Shown: piece after piece, positions 27,542 through 34,892 of the stretch
Numbering within the stretch: the stretch's first letter is position 1
Layout of the letters: each line of letters starts with the position of its first letter
Origin: a virus
Reading direction: 5' to 3' (one strand)
IMG/VR virus record: IMGVR_UViG_3300010373_000005
Span: 1 to 64,000 of that record
Length of the DNA stretch: 64,000 bases
Position numbers and translations under genes: made by a program
Notes under the pieces: generated by a model
What the model was told of the DNA's origin: nothing
The model's input: only the letters and a program-made list of their open reading frames with translations
Database searches by the model: none

Positions 27542-27793
27542 TCAAAGAGTGTCGATGACGTCTGCCGCCTTCATGCTGAGGGCGTCGCATATCGTGATGA
27601 ACCGCTGTACTGAGCACCTCACCCGACCGAGCTCTATGAAGCCCAGAGTTGACTTGTCTATGCCGGTCAGCTCGGCGAGTCTCTGTTGAGAGACTCCTCG
27701 TGCGTCACGCAGCAAGAATATCTTCTCTCCGAGAACCTCGTCAAACGGAGAGTGAGCCGTTCGTCGTCTTACAGTGTCGGGCTTATCGCTCAT
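27542..27793 (-). CDS. XRE-family HTH transcriptional regulator
   Basis: ATG at 27793 with an AAGGAGG RBS. LRDARGVSQQRLAELTGIDKSTLGFIELGR is a classic HTH_3 pattern. Confidence 0.75.
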   Translation of the reverse strand: MSDKPDTVRRRTAHSPFDEVLGEKIFLLRDARGVSQQRLAELTGIDKSTLGFIELGRVRCSVQRFITICDALSMKAADVIDTL

Positions 27794-27810
27794 CCTGTCA
27801 CCCCTCCTTT

Positions 27811-28752
27811 CTATTCCGGCGCGCACTCGTTCTGGAACGTCTTCCTGTACTGCCGCCAGCCGCGGAAGTTGCCGGACTGCTCCACAGACCCGTCGCTCCG
27901 GCGGCTGCTGGCAGGCATCGCCTGCGCCACGTGCTCCGTGGGAGCCCAGTGCCCGAAGCCTGAGCCCCTCCTGAGCTTGTCGGCCAGTTCCAAGTCCTTC
28001 CTCCAGTCACGCTTGCCATCGTGCGTGAGGTAGCTGACGCGGGCCACGCGGGCGGCGCTGATGGCGTTGAGCATCTCCGTCATGCCCTGTCCTGTGGCCA
28101 AGCCACTCCATGGCGCCCCAGCTCTGAATTTATTCACCAGCTCGTCGCAAGGGTCTTGCAGCGCGACTCGCAATTCGCGAGAAAGTTCCTCCTTGTCGTT
28201 CCCCGTCACGTACGGCCTGTGCCACTCGCCCTCCTTCCTGGGCGTCGGTACGCTCGCCTCCATCGCATCTCGCCACATGTAGGCTATCTTCTGTATGTGA
28301 GGCTCCGCGTCCGGGTGGCACCTCAGCCTGAAGAAGTTCTGCCAGTCTGTAGCAGTCACGATCACGGTTATCCACATCCACGGCTCGACGAGACGATTAC
28401 ATAGGCTCTTATGTAATCCACTCTTAGCAAGCGCCCTAGCTTGTGACACCGCCATGTCCCGCGCCGCCAGCCACTCGCACTGGCAGATCACCCTGTCGGG
28501 AGCTTCCAGCTCCGCGCCCTGCTGCATCCCCCTCGCCTCTGAGCCCCACCTGATCGGGATCACCGGGTCGTCCAGTACCGCCGCGAGCATCTTCGCCAGC
28601 GGGATCGCCCGGCTCGACGCTGAGCTCCTGCTCAGCGCCCTGTGCGTCAGCAGCTCGCTGTGGACGAACCTGGGATAGGTGAGGACTCCCGTAGTCAATC
28701 TGACTCCTGTGGGCCCTATGCTGTCCAGCAATACCTCAGCCTTGTACGCCAT
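27811..28752 (-). CDS. thyX: FAD-dependent thymidylate synthase ThyX
   Basis: ThyX signature RHRxxSxxxxSxR read as LTHRALSRSSASSRAIP. Also FFRLRCHPDAEPHIQKIA. The ATG at 28752 overlaps the upstream stop by 1 nt. Confidence 0.8.
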   Translation of the reverse strand: MAYKAEVLLDSIGPTGVRLTTGVLTYPRFVHSELLTHRALSRSSASSRAIPLAKMLAAVLDDPVIPIRWGSEARGMQQGAELEAPDRVICQCEWLAARDMAVSQARALAKSGLHKSLCNRLVEPWMWITVIVTATDWQNFFRLRCHPDAEPHIQKIAYMWRDAMEASVPTPRKEGEWHRPYVTGNDKEELSRELRVALQDPCDELVNKFRAGAPWSGLATGQGMTEMLNAISAARVARVSYLTHDGKRDWRKDLELADKLRRGSGFGHWAPTEHVAQAMPASSRRSDGSVEQSGNFRGWRQYRKTFQNECAPE

Positions 28753-29000
28753 CACTCGCTCCTCCTGTAGTAGAGAAAAGTATGCCTCGACACCTCGTAG
28801 AACCACCCTCCCGCGTCCCTGAACCAGCCCTCGAACGGCGGCTGGTCCTCTCCCCCGCCGAACGCGTAGTGCACCTCGACGACTTCGCCGGACTCCAGCA
28901 TCACGTCGTAGTGCACCACGCGGGTGTCCCTGCCCTCAGGCATGGCCTCCGCGAACCACCAGTGGTCGGGACCGCACGGAGATGTGTCGCTCCAGGGCAT
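28752..29000 (-). CDS. hypothetical protein
   Basis: 82 aa with an ATG start. Trp-rich. Confidence 0.55.
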   Translation of the reverse strand: MPWSDTSPCGPDHWWFAEAMPEGRDTRVVHYDVMLESGEVVEVHYAFGGGEDQPPFEGWFRDAGGWFYEVSRHTFLYYRRSE

Positions 29001-29024
29001 GGGGTCAAGCTCTCTTGAACGATA

Positions 29025-29309
29025 CTAAACTCGCTTGAACCACAGCTGGACGTGCCCGTTGCCGCACTTGATCTCGACGTGCAGCCGCGACTCCCTGCAC
29101 CAGTCGAGCAGCAGCTCGAGCCGCTTCGCGCCGAGCTCCCCGTACCACGGCAGGCAGAGATTATCTCCAGAATCCCACCGCACGGCGGCTCTCAGCCACG
29201 ACTGAGGTGTCAGCTCCTCGCAGTCCGTGAGCCAGCTCTCGGTCATGCTGGCCACCTGCCGTCCCAGACTGCTGGGCTCGGCTGGTCCCTTCCACAGTGT
29301 CAAGTTCAT
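29025..29309 (-). CDS. hypothetical protein
   Basis: The ATG at 29309 overlaps the upstream stop (ATGA). 94 aa. Confidence 0.55.
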   Translation of the reverse strand: MNLTLWKGPAEPSSLGRQVASMTESWLTDCEELTPQSWLRAAVRWDSGDNLCLPWYGELGAKRLELLLDWCRESRLHVEIKCGNGHVQLWFKRV

Positions 29310-29719
29310 GATCTCACTCCTCGTTCTAGCGTGGTAGACCACGCGCTGAGTACCTTCAGTAGGTTGGCCAGGTCGGTGAGCTGACACGCCCACTGCCACT
29401 GGTCCCTGTCGTCCACATACGACACGCTGCATGCAGACGTGCCGCGCATGGGTGAGTCTTCAGCCTCCCACGGCACGCGCCGGACCAGCACCGCGTGTCT
29501 GGGCCACCTCCTGTGGAGCTGCGATAGCCTATGCTCCTGCAGTTCCTCCACGGCCGTGTCCGCGTCCTTGCACTCTATCAGGCCGGACCACAGCGGATGC
29601 ACAACCAGCCTGTCGGGCCAGCCCGGCTCGGTGTAGACACTGGCCTGCATGACCTGGACCATGGCGCCCTGTGAGCGCAGCACTCTCGTGAGCTCCGCGG
29701 TGAACTTGTTCTCAGCCAT
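29306..29719 (-). CDS. VRR-NUC-like nuclease
   Basis: GWPDRLVVHP....GLIECK matches the VRR-NUC G.PD...hE.K core. 137 aa. Confidence 0.6.
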   Translation of the reverse strand: MAENKFTAELTRVLRSQGAMVQVMQASVYTEPGWPDRLVVHPLWSGLIECKDADTAVEELQEHRLSQLHRRWPRHAVLVRRVPWEAEDSPMRGTSACSVSYVDDRDQWQWACQLTDLANLLKVLSAWSTTLERGVRS

Positions 29720-30113
29720 GTGATCTCCTCTCAGGAGTCATTCCCAGCTTCCTCTCCCAGTCTAGGTCGAACGTCCGGTAGTCGCACGTGAGTTCGTCGC
29801 CCGGGACGAGGTCCCTGACGGCGACGTCGCGGTGAGCATGATCACTTATCAGTGAACATGCTCCCCCTTCCGCGTGGTTCATGTACCGGGCGTCGTCCAT
29901 GCACAGCACGTAGTACTTGCCGGTGCGGTACGCGTAGCGCAGCACCATGTCCTGCCACAGCGGGTTCATCGCCGCCAGCTCGTCCTCGGTTATCATCTTG
30001 TCGAGCTTGTACGTTATCCCCCACACGACTGAGCCCTTCGCGACCGGCTCGAGCAGGAAGCACCCCAGGCCGTGTATGGGCGAGGGTCGCACCTCGGTCT
30101 TGTACATTAACAA
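29712..30113 (-). CDS. SET-domain protein (putative lysine methyltransferase)
   Basis: SPIHGLGCFLLEPVAKGSVV, ARYMNHAEGGAC and VRDLVPGDELTCDY match the SET N-, NH- and ELxxDY motifs. TTG start with a GGAG RBS 6 nt upstream. Confidence 0.75.
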   Translation of the reverse strand: MLMYKTEVRPSPIHGLGCFLLEPVAKGSVVWGITYKLDKMITEDELAAMNPLWQDMVLRYAYRTGKYYVLCMDDARYMNHAEGGACSLISDHAHRDVAVRDLVPGDELTCDYRTFDLDWERKLGMTPERRSHG

Positions 30114-30116
30114 GGT

Positions 30117-30350
30117 TCACTCCTTCTTGTCTGACAGGATTCGCTCGTAGCACTCGTGACAGATCGGCTCTAGGCGCTCCGTCACGCCGTGAACGACGAT
30201 CTGGTAGTCCCTCGTCTCCCCGAACTTCAGCTGCCTGCCGCACCGGTGGCACCTGTCGGTCACTGGCGGACCCTTGCCGAACGCTAGCCAGACGAACAGC
30301 GCCAGGGACATCACCCCGAAGAGCGCGAAGGCGTATACTACGTATATCAC
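30117..30350 (-). CDS. TM + zinc-ribbon small protein
   Basis: GTG at 30350 preceded by AGGAGG. FALFGVMSLALFVWLAF is a TM segment, followed by CHRC...CHEC. The long track ORF 30117..30845 is an alternative-frame artefact. Confidence 0.5.
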   Translation of the reverse strand: MIYVVYAFALFGVMSLALFVWLAFGKGPPVTDRCHRCGRQLKFGETRDYQIVVHGVTERLEPICHECYERILSDKKE

Positions 30351-30370
30351 GCGAACCTCCTGTATGAAAT

Positions 30371-31510
30371 TCAGACGAAGCGTCTCACTACGTACTGCCA
30401 CGTGTTCATGCTCGCCGCGGTGTCGGCCAGGAAGCAGCCCTCGCCGGCGGTGAAGACCTTCCTGTCGCCCGAGATCACGTGCAGCCAGTACGCGAGCGAG
30501 TCGTAGGCCTCGAGCATCGTCTTGTGCCTGCCTCCCAGGTCGACGCTCGTCAGGAGCGGCATCAGCTTCTCGATCAGCCTGATTCCCGGCAGCTCTGCCT
30601 GCAGGTCCGACAGCAGGTCGTGCTGCGTGCGCATGTGCTCCACGACCGGCGTGCCGAATCGCGCCGTCTTGCCGACAGCCTTCGCGCACTTCAGCGTGAA
30701 GTAACCGGCAAGGATGTCGCCGAACCGGTTCACCGAATCGCTCCCCGACTCTCCGCTGACACCTTTCCCTTCCATCCGCACGTACCAGTACGTGAGCGCA
30801 GCCTCGCGCGTCATGGCAGTGTTCTGGCTGTTGATCGGCGCCCACGTCTCAGTCGCCAGTCGCACTCCGCCGTGCGCATACTGGCCGTTCGACACCGGCC
30901 TTAGTGCCAGCCTAGTGACGGCGTCCACGTCGGGGTCTCCGGTCCACAGACCGGCGTTGATAACCACTGGCTGGTCGACGGCTTCTCGCAGCACGACGTG
31001 CCTGTAGGCTTCACGCGCCGCGTATGGCACGCCGCGGGCGAAGCATAGCCCGCACCCGTGGAGCTGGTGGACCGGGTCGAACCACGGACCCTCGGTGCCT
31101 CCGTCGAGGAGCACGGAGTCTCGACTCGACGAGACTCCCTGCAGGTGTCCCGCGAGCCACCCCGGCGTGCAGTAGTTGTCGTCGTCTATGTGTATCACGA
31201 TGTCGCAGCCGTCGGCGAGAGCCATGAGCGTGCCGACATTCCTCCGATTGTCGCTGTCAAACGGGATGAAACCATCCGGCACGCCGGCGTTTATCAGGAA
31301 CTCCTCCTGCTCCTGCAGGGACGGGGACCTCAGCTGGTCCCTCAGCCCGCCCTGCCCGCGCAGGTACGAGCACGCGTTCACGGTCTCGGGCGGCGTCTTC
31401 CTGTCGCAGATGAGGTACATTGTCGCGTCGGGATGAGTTCTCAACTCATCCACGTAGCACGGCAGGAAGTCGGGCCTGTTGATCGTGGTGACTACTATCG
31501 CGGTCTTCAT
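30371..31510 (-). CDS. glycosyltransferase-like protein resembling the RGP/GT75 family
   Basis: IVVTTINRPDFL, IHIDDDNYC (DDD motif) and CFARGVPYAAREAY recall the reversibly-glycosylated-polypeptide / UDP-arabinopyranose mutase family. This assignment is recall-level only. Confidence 0.55.
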   Translation of the reverse strand: MKTAIVVTTINRPDFLPCYVDELRTHPDATMYLICDRKTPPETVNACSYLRGQGGLRDQLRSPSLQEQEEFLINAGVPDGFIPFDSDNRRNVGTLMALADGCDIVIHIDDDNYCTPGWLAGHLQGVSSSRDSVLLDGGTEGPWFDPVHQLHGCGLCFARGVPYAAREAYRHVVLREAVDQPVVINAGLWTGDPDVDAVTRLALRPVSNGQYAHGGVRLATETWAPINSQNTAMTREAALTYWYVRMEGKGVSGESGSDSVNRFGDILAGYFTLKCAKAVGKTARFGTPVVEHMRTQHDLLSDLQAELPGIRLIEKLMPLLTSVDLGGRHKTMLEAYDSLAYWLHVISGDRKVFTAGEGCFLADTAASMNTWQYVVRRFV

Positions 31511-31809
31511 CAGAAGTCTCCTCCAGGGTTCCTGTGGATCGCGGCGAGGCCGTCGGCCACGTAGTCAGGTCTATCTTTCTTCGGCCTCTCCAGCACTCTG
31601 GTCTGGAGCGCCCGCCTGACACACTCGGCGCACACGTCCAGGTGCTCGCCCTCGTCCGACTGGACGACTATGACGACGTCTTCCCTCTGGTACTCGTCGC
31701 GGGTCCTGCGCGGGATCACGACACCGAACCCGTTGAACTCGCGGTTCGACTGGAGCTTCTCGCGCTCCACGACCCTGTCGCACACGTCGCAGTGCTGCTT
31801 GATGGCCAT
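31510..31809 (-). CDS. zinc-ribbon protein
   Basis: 99 aa with CDVC...CAEC pairs. The stop overlaps the downstream start by 1 nt. Confidence 0.55.
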   Translation of the reverse strand: MAIKQHCDVCDRVVEREKLQSNREFNGFGVVIPRRTRDEYQREDVVIVVQSDEGEHLDVCAECVRRALQTRVLERPKKDRPDYVADGLAAIHRNPGGDF

Positions 31810-31846
31810 TTCTTCGTTCCTCCGATACGAGTGATGATACTTCCAG

Positions 31847-31953
31847 CACGGACGCCAGGAATCGAACCTGGTCTTCGGGTCTTAGCCGCGTGCGCTCTCG
31901 CAGACTTCTGACGTCATCGCCTGCGCAGTCTTGTCCAGCCACACCGCGTCCGT
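31847..31953 (-). ncRNA. tRNA-like element (canonical T-arm + 7-bp acceptor helix, non-canonical 106-nt body)
   Basis: The minus strand reads ACGGACG...CCAGG-TTCGATT-CCTGG-CGTCCGT. The T-arm has G53/C61 and a TTCGATT loop. The acceptor pairs 7/7. I could not fold a 5-bp anticodon arm. Confidence 0.35.
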
Positions 31954-31975
31954 GTACGCTCTTATTATACCAGAC

Positions 31976-33346
31976 CTATCGCCTCTTGTCCATATCCAGT
32001 GCCTGCAATAGCGCCTCGCACGTCAGCCGCGGGTGGTTGTGCTTCACGAGCATCTCGCGGTTGTGCTGCACGAGCTCCTGTGTTCGCATGTCATAGGCCC
32101 TGGTGACGCACGCATGGAGCAGGCGACATCGGGCCTCTGCCATTGGATCGCTCCCGGGGTCGAGGCCGTTCTTCCCGTCCTCCCACTGCACGCCGCCCTG
32201 GTGACCGTCGAGGGGAGGTTCAAATATCTCAATTTGAAATTGATCACAGTACCACGGTGTGAACGCCCTCGCCGTTATGGGTGCGCAGCCCGCGTCCATG
32301 GCCTCGAGCGTCGAGTACTCGAACAGGCCACCCGAGTAGTCGCTGGTCGTCACGGCCACGTGTACGTCGACGCCACTGAGGACCTCCAGCGGGTCCTCGT
32401 AGAGTCCCAGGAACGCCGCGCTCGCGTCCCAGCCGTGGAACTCCCACGGCAGCGCCCTGATCACGTCCATCGGGTCGTCGTCGGGACCGCCGCGGGTCGC
32501 GGTCCAGTGCCACAGGGCCTTGACGTGAGGGTCCTCGTCGGGTGCGGGTCGGCCCCACTGCACCTCTGCCTTCCTCACCAGCATCTCGTACATCAGGTAC
32601 GTCTCGCTGGGCGCCCTGCTCTGCGCGGAGCCTCCCGCTATGACTACGTCCCAGCCGGGAAGCAGTCCCTGCGTGATCAGCCACAGCAGGTAGTGCTGGT
32701 GCTTCTGCGTGGTGACCCGGCCGATCATTCCGACCGACGGCCGAGCCCGCATGGAGAACTCTCCAAGCGGGTTCCGGACGGCGTACGGCAGCCCCACGTG
32801 CACGTGGTGGCATGCCCGCAGTCGCTCGCTGTTGCAAGTCATCACGCCCGGCGTGGCGTTGTTCACTACCAGCCCGCTGAAGCTCTTCGTGCTAAGGAGC
32901 TCGCCCAGGTAGGGCGAGCCGCGCTCGCGGGACCAGCCCTTCGGGATCTCGCGCTCCTCGAAGAAATATCGGCCCCCGAGCGTGCACGTCCACGGCGTCC
33001 GGGTCGCCATCAGCACCTCGACGTACCGCGGGAAGTCGACCAGCCCCTTGTCCGCCTCGCGGTCATGGCTGTTGCACTTCGGCTCGGGGAGCACGATTAG
33101 ATCGAACTGATCTAGTACTTCTCCCCCTTCCTCGTACGAGAACGTGACGTCAGGAGCGACAAGGCTCGACATCCCGTTGCCCTTGTCCCGGACGATGCGG
33201 CCCCACTTGACCTTAGGTTTACCACTCTTAGTAAATCCTACTATATAGCACTCGTGGCCCATGGCCCTGAAGCCGTCGCGCACCTGGTTCACCCACGTGG
33301 AGATGCCGCACACGCGCGGCTCGGGGTCGTATATGGCGATTCGCAT
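31976..33346 (-). CDS. GT-B fold glycosyltransferase (GT4-like)
   Basis: 456 aa. N-terminal MRIAIYDPEPRVCGISTWV...GHECYIV. C-terminal GGLFEYSTLEAMDAGCAPI matches the E-x7-E sugar-donor motif. Confidence 0.7.
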   Translation of the reverse strand: MRIAIYDPEPRVCGISTWVNQVRDGFRAMGHECYIVGFTKSGKPKVKWGRIVRDKGNGMSSLVAPDVTFSYEEGGEVLDQFDLIVLPEPKCNSHDREADKGLVDFPRYVEVLMATRTPWTCTLGGRYFFEEREIPKGWSRERGSPYLGELLSTKSFSGLVVNNATPGVMTCNSERLRACHHVHVGLPYAVRNPLGEFSMRARPSVGMIGRVTTQKHQHYLLWLITQGLLPGWDVVIAGGSAQSRAPSETYLMYEMLVRKAEVQWGRPAPDEDPHVKALWHWTATRGGPDDDPMDVIRALPWEFHGWDASAAFLGLYEDPLEVLSGVDVHVAVTTSDYSGGLFEYSTLEAMDAGCAPITARAFTPWYCDQFQIEIFEPPLDGHQGGVQWEDGKNGLDPGSDPMAEARCRLLHACVTRAYDMRTQELVQHNREMLVKHNHPRLTCEALLQALDMDKRR

Positions 33347-33356
33347 GATCCTGCCT

Positions 33357-33369
33357 TGTTAAGATAGGT
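33357..33369 (-). promoter_or_regulatory. ACCTATCTTAACA motif copy 1
   Basis: 13-mer identical to 38478..38490. It ends 10 nt upstream of the ATG at 33346. Confidence 0.3.
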
Positions 33370-33425
33370 TAATTAGGGTCAGTTGGTAATGTCTCTCGAT
33401 CACCTCGGCACGTCTAGGATCACCC

Positions 33426-33436
33426 TGTTAAGATGG
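33426..33436 (-). promoter_or_regulatory. CCATCTTAACA motif copy 2
   Basis: Same intergenic region, 69 nt from copy 1. Shares the 9-mer ATCTTAACA. Confidence 0.3.
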
Positions 33437-33469
33437 ACCTGTTCTACCAGGTAGGTCATCGGCAGTCAG

Positions 33470-33955
33470 TCAGGCATCAGGCTCGGCTTCCTCAGATTCA
33501 TCCTGGAGCCTGGCCAGCTCGGACCTCAGGAACTCGATCTGCTCCAGCTTCGTCCGCCCGCCTATCGCGTAGCTCTCCATCCTCCACGCGAGATTGACGA
33601 GCGCGCAGTTATCCTCGTCGCCGTCGAGGTGGAACGCGAAGTGATCGTCAGGCCGCGGGCCAACGAACGTCTCGAGCATGAGCTCGTCGAGCCTCACGTT
33701 GTGGTACAGGTCTACCATTCCGTCGTCAGTAGGCTCGACGCGCTCGAGCGAGTTCACTCGCTGCTTTTGCCTGCGCGAGCCTCGTCCCTCCCAGGAGGTG
33801 TAGAGGTGACCGTCGACGTGAAGCCAGAAGCCGGGCAGGTCAGGCACCCTGACGAGTTCAGGTCGACGCTCGTTGCGCTTGACTCGCCTGAGCATCCGGC
33901 CCTCGAGCAGACACTCCCACTGGTCTCCGTGCTGATCGTAGAAGAGGTTTCTCAC
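33470..33955 (-). CDS. HNH homing endonuclease
   Basis: FHLDGDEDNCALVNLAW is an HNH_3-type motif with a NUMOD4-like N-terminus. The GTG start overlaps the upstream stop (GTGA). Confidence 0.75.
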   Translation of the reverse strand: MRNLFYDQHGDQWECLLEGRMLRRVKRNERRPELVRVPDLPGFWLHVDGHLYTSWEGRGSRRQKQRVNSLERVEPTDDGMVDLYHNVRLDELMLETFVGPRPDDHFAFHLDGDEDNCALVNLAWRMESYAIGGRTKLEQIEFLRSELARLQDESEEAEPDA

Positions 33956-34197
33956 GCCCTTGACCTCCTCTGCGCCGAGTGCGTCACCGACAGCTCGTCG
34001 AGCATACTGCCCGTGTCGAATGCGTCCTCCGGCCTGGGCGTGGGCTGCCGCCCGGCCGCGCGCTCGAGCTGGGACGCCAGGGTCCTCGCCTCCTCCCTGG
34101 AGAGCATGGCGCCCAGCACCTCTCTGTGCTCGTGGTTCGTTACCTGCACCAGCACCTCAGGTCCGATGTTCTGCACCGTCACCGTCGTGGTCCTCAT
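33952..34197 (-). CDS. hypothetical protein
   Basis: 81 aa with an ATG start. Confidence 0.5.
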   Translation of the reverse strand: MRTTTVTVQNIGPEVLVQVTNHEHREVLGAMLSREEARTLASQLERAAGRQPTPRPEDAFDTGSMLDELSVTHSAQRRSRA

Positions 34198-34342
34198 TCC
34201 AAGCCCTCCTGAGCTTCTCTAGGGCCCGCTTCTCCGCCAGCTGCACCGTGCGCCGGGTCATCGGGTGGCCCCTCCTCGTCATCTCCGCGGCCACGTCCGC
34301 ATGGGACATAGCATAGTGTCGCTCGTCCAGCGAGCCGCTCAT
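34157..34342 (-). CDS. stand-alone sigma-70 region-4-like HTH protein
   Basis: 61 aa. LDERHYAMSHADVAAEMTRRGHPMTRRTVQLAEKRALEKLRRA matches the region 4.2 pattern. Confidence 0.5.
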   Translation of the reverse strand: MSGSLDERHYAMSHADVAAEMTRRGHPMTRRTVQLAEKRALEKLRRAWNEDHDGDGAEHRT

Positions 34343-34674
34343 CCCTGCTTCTCCAGTCTGGCTATGGCGCGCTCGATTCGTTTCTTCTCGACCCGCCTGC
34401 GCATCTCCGGGGTCAGGAGGTTCGACGACTCCGCGTCCAGCCTCACCGTGCCGTCCTGGTTAATGAGCGGGGCCGGCAGGTCAACGCTGACTCGGGATGG
34501 GTCTAGCACTGCCAGTGCGCGGTGAGCATAGAACGATGACATGTCGTCGTAGAACTTAGACAGTCTCCCACGAGTCTCCGCGAGCAGCTGCTCCTCTGTG
34601 AGGTCGCTCTCTCGCATCAGGCGGCGGATCTCCGCCTGGTGCTCCGACCAGTCAGGCCACTCGATCGAGGTCAT
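34339..34674 (-). CDS. hypothetical protein
   Basis: 111 aa with an ATG start. The stop overlaps the next start (ATGA). Confidence 0.55.
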   Translation of the reverse strand: MTSIEWPDWSEHQAEIRRLMRESDLTEEQLLAETRGRLSKFYDDMSSFYAHRALAVLDPSRVSVDLPAPLINQDGTVRLDAESSNLLTPEMRRRVEKKRIERAIARLEKQG

Positions 34675-34675
34675 G

Positions 34676-34816
34676 TCAGCAGCCCCACTTGCAGATGTCG
34701 ATCTCGTGTCTCAGCAGACCTTCGACCTCAACCGGATGCTGGCACCACACCGCGTACAGCATCTTCATGGCCATTAACTGGTTAAGTATCTGGCGCATGG
34801 TGCTCTTGCTTATCAT
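34676..34816 (-). CDS. possible 46-aa protein
   Basis: My own translation gives MISKSTMRQILNQLMAMKMLYAVWCQHPVEVEGLLRHEIDICKWGC. GAGGAAGAGG RBS. Below the cut-off of the ORF track. Confidence 0.35.
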   Translation of the reverse strand: MISKSTMRQILNQLMAMKMLYAVWCQHPVEVEGLLRHEIDICKWGC

Positions 34817-34892
34817 GCCTCTTCCTCTATACGAGTGATGACTAGTGACGTCTACCTATTATACCTACTCTTGGTCCTCCTGTCCAGCCTGA

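Noticed and set aside
31847-31880. Reading the T-arm/acceptor fragment as an attP core of an integrating phage.
   Set aside because: There is no integrase or excisionase gene anywhere in the window, and the perfect 5' acceptor complement argues for a complete folded RNA. It cannot be excluded without host tRNA sequences.
31847-31953. Calling this element a canonical tRNA gene with an assigned anticodon.
   Set aside because: The length is 106 nt and U8/A14 are absent. No 5-bp anticodon stem with a 7-nt loop could be folded. The best candidate loop, CTAAGAC, has only a 3-bp stem. I kept it as tRNA-like only.
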